In this document: positions 12,853-24,995 of the stretch, piece by piece
How the letters are laid out: the number at the start of each line of letters is the position of its first letter
Position numbering within the stretch: the first letter of the stretch is position 1
Source: Rotaria socialis
Taxonomy: Eukaryota
Length of the DNA stretch: 46,888 bases
Direction of reading: 5' to 3'
NCBI GenBank assembly: GCA_905331295.1
Contig: CAJNYD010000306.1
Span: 1-46,888 of the forward strand
Program-made: the position numbers and the translations under genes
The notes under the pieces: model-generated
What the model saw: the letters and a program-made list of their open reading frames with translations, nothing else
What the model was told of the DNA's origin: nothing
The model's database searches: none

Positions 12853-13494
12853 AAAAGAAATATATATATATGTATATTATAAAGCATATTTTTTTTATCT
12901 ATTAGCGTATTGATATAATTTAAAATAAAATATAAAGTAAGTTACACATTTATAGCATTGGTCGAATTGAGAAAATTAGGTTTGAATAGAAATCATGCCA
13001 AGAATAATCTGGTTTACCGCAAAATATAAAAAATGTGGATGTAGATAATAGGAAAATGGATATCTAGAGACAAGTGTTGTATCTATGACGATAATACATC
13101 GACTGTTGTGTGATGCAGTTGGATGGTTTCGAATTAAAAGTCAATGGAAATATAATGGTGTTGCTGTTCTCCCAAGGTAAGTATAGTGAAAGAGAGTTGT
13201 ATAGTAGAAGAATTCTTATTCTCTAGTATTCGTTGACATCAAACTGGAGTGATGTAAAAACTTATGTATAGGTTCATGTCATCATCAAGTTTTTGTTTGA
13301 ATGCTTCTTGGTCTATTTCAATTTCGAATACGATTGCTTATGAAGAAAAGATCTTGAGTTATCACTCACGAAAATAAAAGGCCTTGTAGAGGCACTTGAA
13401 AACTATGTCATTCTTTCTTAAGAATTTTGATAATCTAAACGGAATCAACACGTCGTTTGAATTTATTTTGAATGCTGAAATTATCAATTAAATA

Positions 13495-13922
13495 TAGGAT
13501 CCTGCGGGAATCGAGAATGGGGATTATATAAGCAATTATATAAATTAATTTGTTATTCACTACATCATTCATCATTACATCCATACGTTTGGTGTGGTGT
13601 GCGATGTGTTATATGTGAAACGCGAGACCTCGCGATGAGCTGCTATCAGTCTAGGGGTGTCAAATTCAAATTTAAAAAAATGATTAAATCGACAAAAACG
13701 TTTCAAAAATTAAATTAAAATTAAATAAACTATAAATTGACACCCCTATATCAGCCAATAGAAAATAAAAACGTGAGAAATGAAATAATAATAGAAACTA
13801 TGAAAAACTTACGGGAACGGAAAACGGGCACTGGAATTCTGGAATTTTTTCAGGGACGAGAACACATTTTTTTCCTGGGAAGTGGAAACGGGGATCAAAA
13901 AAGTCGTTCCCGCAGCACCCTA
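13495..13922. mobile_element. hAT-type MITE (outer)
   Basis: TIRs TAGGATCCTGCGGGAA and TTCCCGCAGCACCCTA (14/16 match). 8-bp TSD ATTAAATA/GTTAAATA. GGGAA(C) subterminal motifs. Confidence 0.8.
13652..13748. mobile_element. 97-bp hAT-type mini-MITE nested in the previous element
   Basis: Perfect 12-bp TIR TAGGGGTGTCAA / TTGACACCCCTA. 8-bp TSD TATCAGTC/TATCAGCC. Confidence 0.85.
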
Positions 13923-14455
13923 GTTAAATATGTATAGGATCAACAGCATCAACTACAATTACTGATATTGTATGCTACAATAGATCTGAATGAATGTATA
14001 AAAAAAATAGAATAGGGATTAAAGAATAGATTATGAGAGAAGACGTTTTTAAAAGGAAATCTTAGTTTCTATTGTATTATTTCTTCGCAATTGCTAAAGA
14101 AAATAAACTCAATGAATATGTAAGGTATTTTTCTAACGAAACGCTGTTACTGCCAAACCACCATCGGCAATGTGCATAATTGACTGATAAGAAGTATAAA
14201 TTCGCATTATGATGCTTTTTAAAGCCATATAAGAATCAGAGGAGTAGAAAAAGAAAAATCAGGATGGTAACGTAGTAAAAAAATTCACAACACATCTTTA
14301 AAGAATAATAAACACCAACTGATGCAGCGTAGCGATAGTGACGAGAAGAAGGAAAAAAATTTGCTATTATTTTCACTTGAAAAAAATCTACTTTAGCAGT
14401 GTCGTAACAATTTAATTTTAAACAGTCCCTGGTCTCTACTGAAAAATTAATTCTC

Positions 14456-17400
14456 ATGGCAACTGCAGACGATGGTCGCAACAGTCCTCGCGAAATTCAG
14501 CATAAAAAAGATCTTCCACCATTACACTCGAGACCGACATCTTCTCAAATAGGCAATAATAGTCTCAAAGCAAAACAAACGTTTTTAGAATATAAAAGTG
14601 AGAATAAGAAAATTGAAGATCAATCCCAACTCAAAACTATGCCGACTACCAATCGTGATGAACGTCGCAAATCAAAAATGAACTTTGACTACTTAGCTAG
14701 AAAAGGTGATGATCCTACAGAGATGCCAGCTCAAACAAACGAAAACTACGATATGGAACATCAAGACAATTCACTTCCGCTAAAAATTTTCGACGGCACA
14801 AAAAAAGCAATAAGTGATGTTAGTGAACAGTCAAGGTCGTACTTTTGGATGCGACGTATCAAAGAAATTTTTTTGCAAATGGGAACAACTAATGAGCCAT
14901 TTGTTGACTTTGACATGTCAATAGCAAGATCTGATATGCTTACGACTTGTGATGTCTATATACGAAACGATTTTAGCAAACTCAAGAAAAAGGTATGAAG
15001 TGCATTATTACGTTAGAACCAGGCAGCATGATTTATTGTCACGCGAACAACTCTTTTATCATTTTTAGTACTTCGATTTTAAACATAGTATAAAAATTAT
15101 GCAAAACCTTATCTGTATGATAGACTGAAAATTGTTTTTGTTGGGCTACTGGTCAAGTCTTTTCGTAAAAGGATTTGTTTCTAATTGAATAGCCATTAGA
15201 GATGCTCTATGGAGATTCAACCTAATATTTTGAAATATATTCGATAACATTCCGCAATTGTATGCTATTACATATCAACATAATCCTGTAGTTATTTATT
15301 GAAATAGTAAAGTCTTTAATTATCCTGGAAATTGAAATGAGGATTGTAAAAATTGAACAAATTTCAATAGAGTTATCTCGATCTACAATATAACCTAGAT
15401 ATGTAAAGTTTTATGTTTCGCCTATATACTTTTCACAGCTCACATATGAACACTTGATTAAGAAAACTATCTATTTTATTTTCGTATTCTATAAAGATTT
15501 GATATACGTAAGAATCAACACAGTTCTGCGAAAATGATGCTTGTATCTTTAATTGATTGCTCTGTAAAAAGTTTCATCGAAATGAGCTGTCCTTTTCATC
15601 AATAACTATGTGATTGAATTTGAATTCCGGTTAGATTCAGAAAATTCTAGTAACATTTCACTACTATTCATAAAATCTTCGCACAATTCTTGGTGATCAA
15701 CTGTATGCTTGTGAAAGGCTTTACAGATGGTAAAAATAGACGAAACTATTTTTCTTAGCTGATTCTTTATCCTTCCTATAGATATCTAGAGATTACTAAT
15801 TATTGAAAATTCGGTGGTTACAGCATTTTTTTTCTCAGTAAAATCTCGCATGAGTATGAACAAAATTGCCACAGTTACCTAAACGAATTTGAAACATCTG
15901 ATCTAGCCATAAGCCAATGCATGTTTCAGGGCAATTCTAGCTCAGAAGATCTAGATGAACGTGGTCTGATTCAGAAAATCGAAGATTCTTTAAAGCAACT
16001 GCGCAACACAGAAGTACTTCTGGCGGATAAAAATTCGAAAGATGGAGTTGTCGCAAATCTTCGAGCATCCACAGCACAATTAATGTCGAATATCCGATTG
16101 CTCGAACATAGCGTCAGTGATGTTGAAGGTCATTTAAAAAAGTCAATTCAATCCAAAGACACAATTGATGGTATTCGGAAAGCACTGCGCGCACTTCCCA
16201 AGGAATCAAAGAGTCAACTCAAAATACGACAAGAGTGGGATATGAAGAAGCTTTATTCAGAAGTTTTCAAGACCTCGTATACACGAAATGACCTTCGCAC
16301 ATCAGCTCAGAAAGTGAGTGAGACGCATATGTATGCACTATATTCGTTACTAATACTCTAGGCTGAACTCAAACCGGTAAAGAAAGGCAATGACGAACCA
16401 AATTTCCGAAATGCAATATGGTGGTATTCCTGCAATGAAGCGTCGATTTATTATCAAATCAATAGTATTTTAAAACTTGAAAATTTTGAACTACTCATGG
16501 CGTACCGTTATTACATTAGTGATCTCTGCAAAATGATTGAATATATATACAATAATGAGCAATCACAAAGTAGTAGAGTGAATACATATTATCGTGCCGC
16601 GTCAATCTCTCTTGAACGACTGGAGCAAATGAAAAAGTCACTTGAAGAAAAAAAGAAAGGACAAGTAATTTCTATGGGTGGTTTCGCATCCACTACAACC
16701 AATTTGGACATTGCTAAACGATATGCTCGAACCCAATCATTATCTTCTGGAAACGTCCGGGTTCTGTTTCAAATTAAAGTCGAACCTAATAAACCATGTG
16801 CAGCTCACGCCTACATTGAACAAATATCATTTCATCCTGAAGAGGAAGAGATGTTGTTCAGTATGGGCTCAACTTTCTCAGTAGATAAAATCGAAGATCC
16901 AGGTTTTCCCGATACAGAGCATCAGGTAAGTTGGGCTGTAACACATTTCACTGTTTTATTTCATACAAGTCATTCTTGCAGAAAGATAAAGTCAAAAGTG
17001 CCAATCCTGGAAAAGAAGAGGTAAACTACTATACTATACATACAACTGCATGCGATGTTGATAAAGCCTTGGTAGATGATATCCGTGCTAAAGTACAAGA
17101 ATGTTCCGCTTCTCAATTATCTGTTTTACTTGCGCGTTACATGCTCGAATTAGGAGAATATCGCGCAGCACGAAAGTATCTCACAGAACTGTGCAACGAA
17201 AGTACTGGCATACTTAAAGATGATTTTGCATTGCCCAGTATTTATAATTGTTTGGGTATGACATTTTTTCGTCAAAATCTTCATGCTGATGCTATCGAAT
17301 ATTACGAAAAAGCATTGGATTGCCAAGCTCGCATAGGATACTCCAATAATAATGCTCTTGCAGAAATTCATAATAATATTGGTCTATCATATATTGGACT

Positions 17401-20400
17401 TAAACTTATGGATGAGGCACAGGCGATGTTTGAAGAAGCCGAACGTATTCAATTACGTGCACCAATTACTACGCGTGCTCATCTCGCATCGATCTATGCT
17501 AATATAGCTTATGTTCATTATGCTAAAACAGGTGCGGAAAGGAATCTTGAAGAGTCGAGAAATTATTTTGAAAAAGCACTTCGAATATACCAAAAAACGA
17601 CAAGTAAGATTACACATGATGCTATCGAGCGAGCATTACTCAAAGCGGAGTGCTATTCGAACTACGGCCATTTACTCAGTGTCCTGAAACCTGATAATGC
17701 TCAGGAACGTTACAATGAAGCTCTCAAAATATACAAGAGTATTTTACCAGAAGAAGATCCAAAGTTGATGCGTGCATACATGAATATCATGATGGAACAT
17801 GCTCATCATCAGAGTTATGAAAAAGTAATCGAATTATACGAGGATACACTGGTGAATGCACTCATAAACAAACAAGCCGGAAACGTATTCGCATTGGACA
17901 AAGTGGTAACCTTAGACGATCTTATTGTTCTCATTCAAATTGTCGGCGCTTGTTATATTCAACATGAACAACAATTTTTCAAAGCAATGTGCACCTGGAC
18001 TCGAGCATATGAACTCGAACGAAAGGCAAAATTGGTTCAATTACTTTTTCCTTTTGAAGTTTCAATGTCGCAATGGTCTAGAAAACTGATTGATACCGCT
18101 TACAACAAGGCCTATGCATTTTTCATGTCTGATCAAGTACAGATGCCTAAAAATGATGAAGAGCTTCGGGAACCCGCACGGGCAGTATCGGGAAGAGCTA
18201 AAAGGTTAGTGTACAAAACATTCAATTATTGAGAAATATGCATTTGAAGTAATTCTATTTTCAATATAAGTTTCTTGGCGAGCTATACAAATAATTTAGA
18301 AGCCTTATTAAGTGTCCGATAACCGTGAGAAATGAGACGACTTCATTGCTTTAGATTCAAAAATAAGATTTTTTTGTTTGCTTTATTTCTTAAACTAACT
18401 TCAGTGAACAGTAGCACAGCCGACATAGACATTGTATTCGTGTTCAATTTCTCACCAGTGACCTTAAAACATAGAATGATTGATCTTCCTTTATGAATAG
18501 TGCGAAAAAGACTGAGCAGAAATGGCCAACTATCCAATTTTCACGTGGTTTTATGTGTTACAAAAGGTATCTATGTAAGGATGCTATCAAATACTTGAAG
18601 GAAACCATGAAAGAAAATGACAATTTTCATGCAAATCTTCTACTGGCAGAAATGTTTCAAGCAACGCATGATTTCAAACAAGCCGAAGAAACGTACACGA
18701 ACAGCTTAAAGAAGATCCAAGCGATGAAGGATCAGGCGTTATTCATAGAGGTATCAATCGCAAAAATTCATTGCTTTGAAGATGATACAAAAGCGATAGA
18801 AGACTTAAAACAACTTGAAACAATACTTAATGTCAATGATAATGATACAACACGCATTAGTTTGAAGGCAATTGTTTATGACATGATAACTGATTACTAC
18901 TTAAAACAGAGTAAATATATTGCTGTTATTACTTATGCCAACAAAAATTCAATTCCACTTAAAATGCGTTCACTTTCACAATATCATCCAAGTCTCGCAA
19001 AGAACCATGTGTTAGTAGCTCAAGCTTATATCGGCCGTGAGCTTTATTCAGATGCCATCAAATATTTTGAAAATACCGTCGAAATTCAGCGTCTTAATTT
19101 GGCAAGTGATCATCTAGAAATAAAGCTAGTTTATTATCAGATGGGGGATGTACATTGCATGATGAATCAACTCGATCAAGCACACGAAAAATACGAATTT
19201 GCAGAGAATGATATTAGTGACGATAACGATGAGGATGACACGGATACAGACACTGGATACGATCAACGAAGATTATTAGCCCGCGTTAGTATGAATCAGC
19301 ATTTGGCTACAGTCTATGCACGACGATCAGGTTTAGAAACTGCCGAAGCTGATGCACGTCTAGCAGACATGACTGCTGCTATAGAAAAATATTCAGAATC
19401 TATTGATATTCTCAAAGATCTGTACCCGTTCGATACATCAATGCAGCCATTAGATATATTGACGCTTGTGAAACGTCTTAAGCAGCTTGCATTTTGTCAT
19501 GAACATCTCGCAGATGCAATGGCATTAGATGGATCCGATGAGACCGAAAGTACATACAATGAAGCATTAGCGATTCAAGCTAAACTATTCCAATATGCAG
19601 ATACTAATCGAGGAGAGATCCTTCGCAAGATTGGTCGCTACTACGAACAAAATCAAAGCGATCAAGAAACTGCAATATCCTATTATCAAGACGCAGTAAA
19701 TGAATCGTTAGAATCAGCAGCTGCTATCACTACTTACTATACATTGGGACGATTGACAGTAGAATGGAAAGAGGATAGTGAGGCAGCTTCGACATACTAT
19801 AATGAAGCATACAAATTAATTGATGAAGATAATACTATTCTGAAGGCTATTATGCATCAAAAATGTCCTACAATTCAAGATTCAAGTCATGCTGAAGGTG
19901 ATGATAAGGTGGCGCAAGAATCTAGCGAAAACAAAGATGGAGAAGATACAACTGAGAATGCTGAAAATACTTTGGAATCGTCTGAACGACTCAACGGTAG
20001 GCAAATCATGAACGGTTCGATTCTTTCTTCATACACAGTTAAATTTTTTTAGACGATACCGTTTACAAGAATGCTGAGGCTTATCAACGACTCGATGACT
20101 CACAGAGTCTAATTGCATACTGTCAAAGTTTTATCGTAGAAAATTCAGAATCGGATACGACGTTCGATTTTGAAATGCCAGACTATGACGAAATCGAATC
20201 CGATCAGCCCATTTTTATTAAAATCTTGGCTGAAATTCTTTTTGCATGTGTCGAACAGTTACGTCCTTATGAAATCATTGACCATGAAAAAGTCATCCCA
20301 CGTAAATTAGCTGATGCTTATCTACATTGGGCACAAGCTCTAAAAACAAGTGGCGAATATAAAGAAGCTGTAGAAAGATATTTCAAATCGTTCATGTTGT

Positions 20401-21485
20401 ATCAGAAATGTGTTGAGGCTACTCCAACGAACAGTAAATTGATCGAATTTGTAGAAAAACTCGTGAAAAACGAGTTTTTAGACCCAATGACACTCGTATC
20501 GGAATATGTGCTGATTTCACCACTCGAGGGAACACGTTTATGGTTGCAAGTGGCGGCAGCTTATCGCCACGAAGAGTATAACGGGGAAGATTCATCTAGT
20601 CCAGTCGACAATGCGATTGAAGCATGTTCAAAAGCGTTAGAAAATGCTTCGAAGCTTACACCGACACTTAAATCAGCATGTCATTACGCAATGTTGCGAA
20701 TCTATAGAGATTTGAGATATGCCGACAACGACGGTAAAGTTTTTATTGAAAAAATAGCTAAAGATGGCGATTATAAAACGCGTCAAAATCATATTACTGT
20801 GTTCGATCAGCGACTCTTGAGTCAGTGGGTACGCGATTTCATCGACGAATACAATGAACGATGTGAAGACGGCGAGATTTCCAGTAAGTTGGCTGACAAG
20901 TTCTTCTTGCCTTCACTAGAAGATGCTATGAATGAAAAGCAGAGCTCACTGCAATATCTTGGTGATACATTAACAGTTATGAATGACTATCAGGGTGCAG
21001 TAGCCTACTGGAAATGGATGATTAGTGAATGCGAAAGTTTCTATTCAAAAACAATAAAATTTATCATTTACGACGAAGAAAAAACAATTGGCCAAGTCTT
21101 CAATGAAATACAAAAATTAGAAGGACATGCTCATGAATATATGCAACGTTTAGTGACGAGCCATGTGCAACTTGCTCGCTACTATATTGAAGCAGGTGAA
21201 CGACTGAATGTGCCAACAACGGACACTGTAGATTATTTTGAAAACGCAACTTCGCAATGTCAAATGGCAATAAAGTTACGCCCGCAAATCAGTCGTGATT
21301 GGAAGCCAGAAAATGTCGAATTGCAACGATTGCTTAAAGAAACCGAAAAAAAATTGACTGAAGCTAAAACCAAAGCTGAAGAAGAAGAAGAAAACGAGGA
21401 TGATGAAGACGACGGTGGCGACGATGATGATGAAGATGATGGTGATGATGATGAAGATGAAGATAATGATAACAATGAAGACTAA
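14456..21485 (+). CDS. Large R-S-E-type (ARTC/toxin-like) ADP-ribosyltransferase + TPR-repeat protein, about 1878 aa, acidic C-tail
   Basis: Exons 14456-14992, 15930-16313, 16362-16925, 16982-18204, 18501-19996, 20053-21485 join in frame via GT-AG introns (5637 nt). ART domain: AIWWYS..IYYQIN..YYRAA..GFASTT..VLFQI..EEEEMLF. TPRs such as SIYNCLGMTFFRQ..AIEYYEKAL, EIHNNIGLSY and YHPSLAKNH. Confidence 0.88.
21379..21482 (+). repeat. GAW-rich trinucleotide repeat encoding a poly-D/E tail
   Basis: EEEEENEDDEDDGGDDDDEDDGDDDEDEDNDNNED at the end of the ART-TPR ORF. Confidence 0.9.
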
Positions 21486-23427
21486 GAAAAAAATTGATAG
21501 ATTGCCAATTAAATAAAAAAAAATTTCTTTTTTTGATTCAAATATCATTCATATATGAGCAATATATCTTAGTACGAGGGTACGATGCCTTTGCAAAACA
21601 ACACGAAGATCCTTGGCATAATTGCAAGCAGATATTTATCCACAGCAGAGTTTACTTTGCTTTAGAAATATTATTCAAAACTCACGTCAGAAATGATCTT
21701 TTTTGATAGTGTGTACAGTGTTCACTTTTACATATAAAAGGCCATCTTTTTAAGGTCTTACCTGAGTGAGCAGAGACTGTATTTTTCTAAGTGTTGACTA
21801 ACGTCAACCTTGAAGCATATAATTTAGTAAAACATAAACAAATATTGAAAAAATATCGCTCTCATTCGCGGACACTAATAAGCGATGCGTACCGTATCTA
21901 TTATTGAAAATATTGTTCGTATAAAATCATAGTTTCAACCTGATCGTCATTCACAAAAATCAAGTAAAGTATTGTACTTGTGAATTTTCATCTGTGTATT
22001 CTGACAATGCTATAACTAACGAATGTTGTTATCTAGAATGAATAGTAATATCTTGAATTTACCAATCAACCAAAAAAGGTATCAGTGAAGTATGTATCAA
22101 TGTGTAAAATAAGAACAGACTAAAACATAGTCAAAATCGTAGTGTTTCCAACTGTAAATATTTCAAGATTTCAATGGCAATAGCATGGAATTCGTCGCCT
22201 ATAGACAAGTTTATAAGTTTAATTTCATAGCGTTTCTTGATTTTTCGTTAAAATTGTGTGCATAACTAAAAAGATGAAAGCTTCTTTATTTTCAAGATCA
22301 TAAATGTTGCATTTTATTGGATCACAAAAGAAAATCACTTAATAGGAAACTTTTTCCTTATAAATATCTTATCAAAAATTTCAATAAACCTGTTGGATCT
22401 TAATAAACCGTTGTAATTTTTTCAAGAACGTAAAAAATTTCTTATAAAACATGCTCGACACTGTCACCCTCTTTTTCTTTCGCGAGTATTAACGACGTAG
22501 CTTTTTCTCCTTCTCATTTTTTTTCTTTCTCGTTAACATATTTTACTCTGAAAAAAACCTTCTTTCTCTTCCTTTACTCATTTATGTTTGCATCCCAAAA
22601 GTAATGATGAAATAGCCTCACTTATAATACGCCTCGCAAAATAAATAGTCACCGTATCATGGAAGAACAATTCTTGTAGATACTACTGATACAACTAATA
22701 ATCCCTTCCGTTTGCAACCTTTTCTCTTGAAGAGACATAGTTTGGCAAAACGACGTCAAAAATTCGAATCGTTAACAAGAGTGACCTGTCAGAATGCATA
22801 CTGAATAAAAATACCTAATAAATTGCATCTACCTCTTTGAAACATCTGAAAACAAGACTTACAAACCACATGCACACACTCGAAACGAAACTTAGACGAG
22901 CATCAGTTTGCTCCTGACGGCATACGTCTGAGTAATAAATAAGATATTCAAATTGGTAGGTTCGCCCAGTTGATTTCAACTAAGAAAAAGTATTGACGAA
23001 AGTTTTCATTTAATTAGATGTTGTTTTACGATTTGAAGTCGAAGTCGACGAGATACGACTGAGTAGTACAGATGAAACTTTATACGAGCAGGGAACGTTT
23101 CCAGTAGCACCTTCTAGTCTCAACAATTTTGTTATATAAACAGTTTTCTTGGATTTCAATTATTCGAAGCATCATTTGGACGCTTTTGTAAATAGTGTAT
23201 TCATAATCGCAACTAGAGCTGTGATTTTCATAATCCTTTCTTGAGTGATGTGACTATGAGCGCAATACTTTTAGCTAATTGTTTACGAAACAAAACCCGA
23301 AAAGAATACTTTTTTCTTTATCAAGAATTAACAAATATGACTGAAATTAGAACAAAATTCGGTTTATCTTGTTTTTAACTGAATTTTATTTCAATAAAAT
23401 TTTCTTTAGATAAATTTTTGAAGAGGC

Positions 23428-24474
23428 ATGGGATCAGGCCATAGTGCTCATATTAGCATTAATCTTGATCGAGCCGTTCCACTCTTTTATAGTGGTGAAT
23501 CGGTGTCTGGAAGTGTTAATGTAAATATCACAGAAGGACACATTAAAGTCGATGAAGTATTTATTGTGTTGAATGGTGAAGCTGGCTATACGACAACTCG
23601 TACTGTTCAGAATACAAATGGTTCAACGCATACGCAGACTGATTATCATACAAGATGCTTTTTCTCCGAAAAGAAAGTCCTCGATAGTCCAGGACTGGAC
23701 AAAAAAGAATTAGAATATCATTCTGGGCAGTATTCATGGCGGTTCGACATTCCATTGGCACCTCATCTTCCACCTACGATCAATGAATCAAACAAATATC
23801 CACGTGTTCGGTATTATTTGAAATTTGTTATTGACAAACCTTGGTACAAGCGAAACACCGATGAAACTCTGTATTTGGCAGTATTTCCGCATATCAACCT
23901 ATCGAGCAATCCACAATGCTTGATGCCATATCTATTTGGTGATCACAATCGTAAAGATGTTACAGTGAAAGTTACTATGGATAAACTTGGTTATGTACCC
24001 GGTGAGACAATTACGGGAAAGTTAGAAATTGAAAATCCAAGAAGAATTTTATTGAAAAAACTGCGTCTCTCTTTCGTTCAAGAATCAAGAATCGAATGTA
24101 ATACACACAAGGTAACAATTCTCGAAATGATTCTTCCTACGATTACTAATACAAATCAGGAGCTAATAGTGGAAAGATTTTCTTTACTCATTCCTCCGAC
24201 ATATATGGCACCATCGTATCAATTTATGGGTGGTTTTCATTGTACTGCTAATGTTAATATTAGCTATATGCTAGAATTTGACGTTAAAGTTGAAGGTATG
24301 TTTACGAATCTCAATATCAATATCCCGATTACCCTTGGAACGGAATTCGATGCAAATCCGAATGGACATAAGTTACATGAAGCATCAAAAGCATATCCTA
24401 ATTTTGTCTCTTATCATCCAGAAATAGTCGACGATCCGCAATATAATCCGCCGCCTTATTCATCTGTTTCATAA
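23428..24474 (+). CDS. Alpha-arrestin (arrestin-domain-containing protein), intronless
   Basis: Arrestin_N (FYSGESVSGSV, GQYSWRFDIPL..LPPT, VRYYLKFVIDKPW) and Arrestin_C (KLGYVPGETI, IPITLGT). C-terminal PPPY motif. N-terminal MGSGHS. Confidence 0.92.
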   Translation: MGSGHSAHISINLDRAVPLFYSGESVSGSVNVNITEGHIKVDEVFIVLNGEAGYTTTRTVQNTNGSTHTQTDYHTRCFFSEKKVLDSPGLDKKELEYHSGQYSWRFDIPLAPHLPPTINESNKYPRVRYYLKFVIDKPWYKRNTDETLYLAVFPHINLSSNPQCLMPYLFGDHNRKDVTVKVTMDKLGYVPGETITGKLEIENPRRILLKKLRLSFVQESRIECNTHKVTILEMILPTITNTNQELIVERFSLLIPPTYMAPSYQFMGGFHCTANVNISYMLEFDVKVEGMFTNLNINIPITLGTEFDANPNGHKLHEASKAYPNFVSYHPEIVDDPQYNPPPYSSVS

Positions 24475-24995
24475 TAAAATTTATTTAACTTTATTTAACA
24501 TTCTCATCTCTATGCTGATCTTATTAAGTATACTATTTACTAAACAATAAAAATATTTCTTCGCTCATCTTTCTTCATTGCTTATATTTAAGAACGTTCA
24601 TTAGACTATTGTGACATTATTGGATCGAAAGAAGGACGCTTAAATAAATATGTACAAAAAAAAGATGATTTGATGTGTGCAAAGTTCGAATTTGAGTGTT
24701 ATATCATGATAGAGATTTATGAAAAAAAGGTCATGTAGTAAAATGCTTATGGCGCTTTCTCGTAGTGGCATGATTCCATAAAAAAATGCTTCGACAAAAA
24801 TGGTCGTCATATATGAGTCATTTATGATTCATTATTGTGCACATAAAGGACGCAGTTGAGTGTTTTTTTCTTTCTCTACTACAATCTTAACGAATGACAC
24901 GCGGTTGCCGTTAATCAAGGAAGTTATGGTAAAAAAAAGACTTGACTCGTAAAAATCGAAATAGTTGAAAATAAATTTCATATCTAATTAAAGTG

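Noticed and set aside
16678..17371. Alternative-frame and antisense ORFs inside the ART-TPR gene
   Set aside because: They overlap a well-supported CDS and have no motifs.
21260..21548. Minus-strand Ser-rich and hydrophobic ORFs
   Set aside because: Antisense shadows of the poly-D/E tail.
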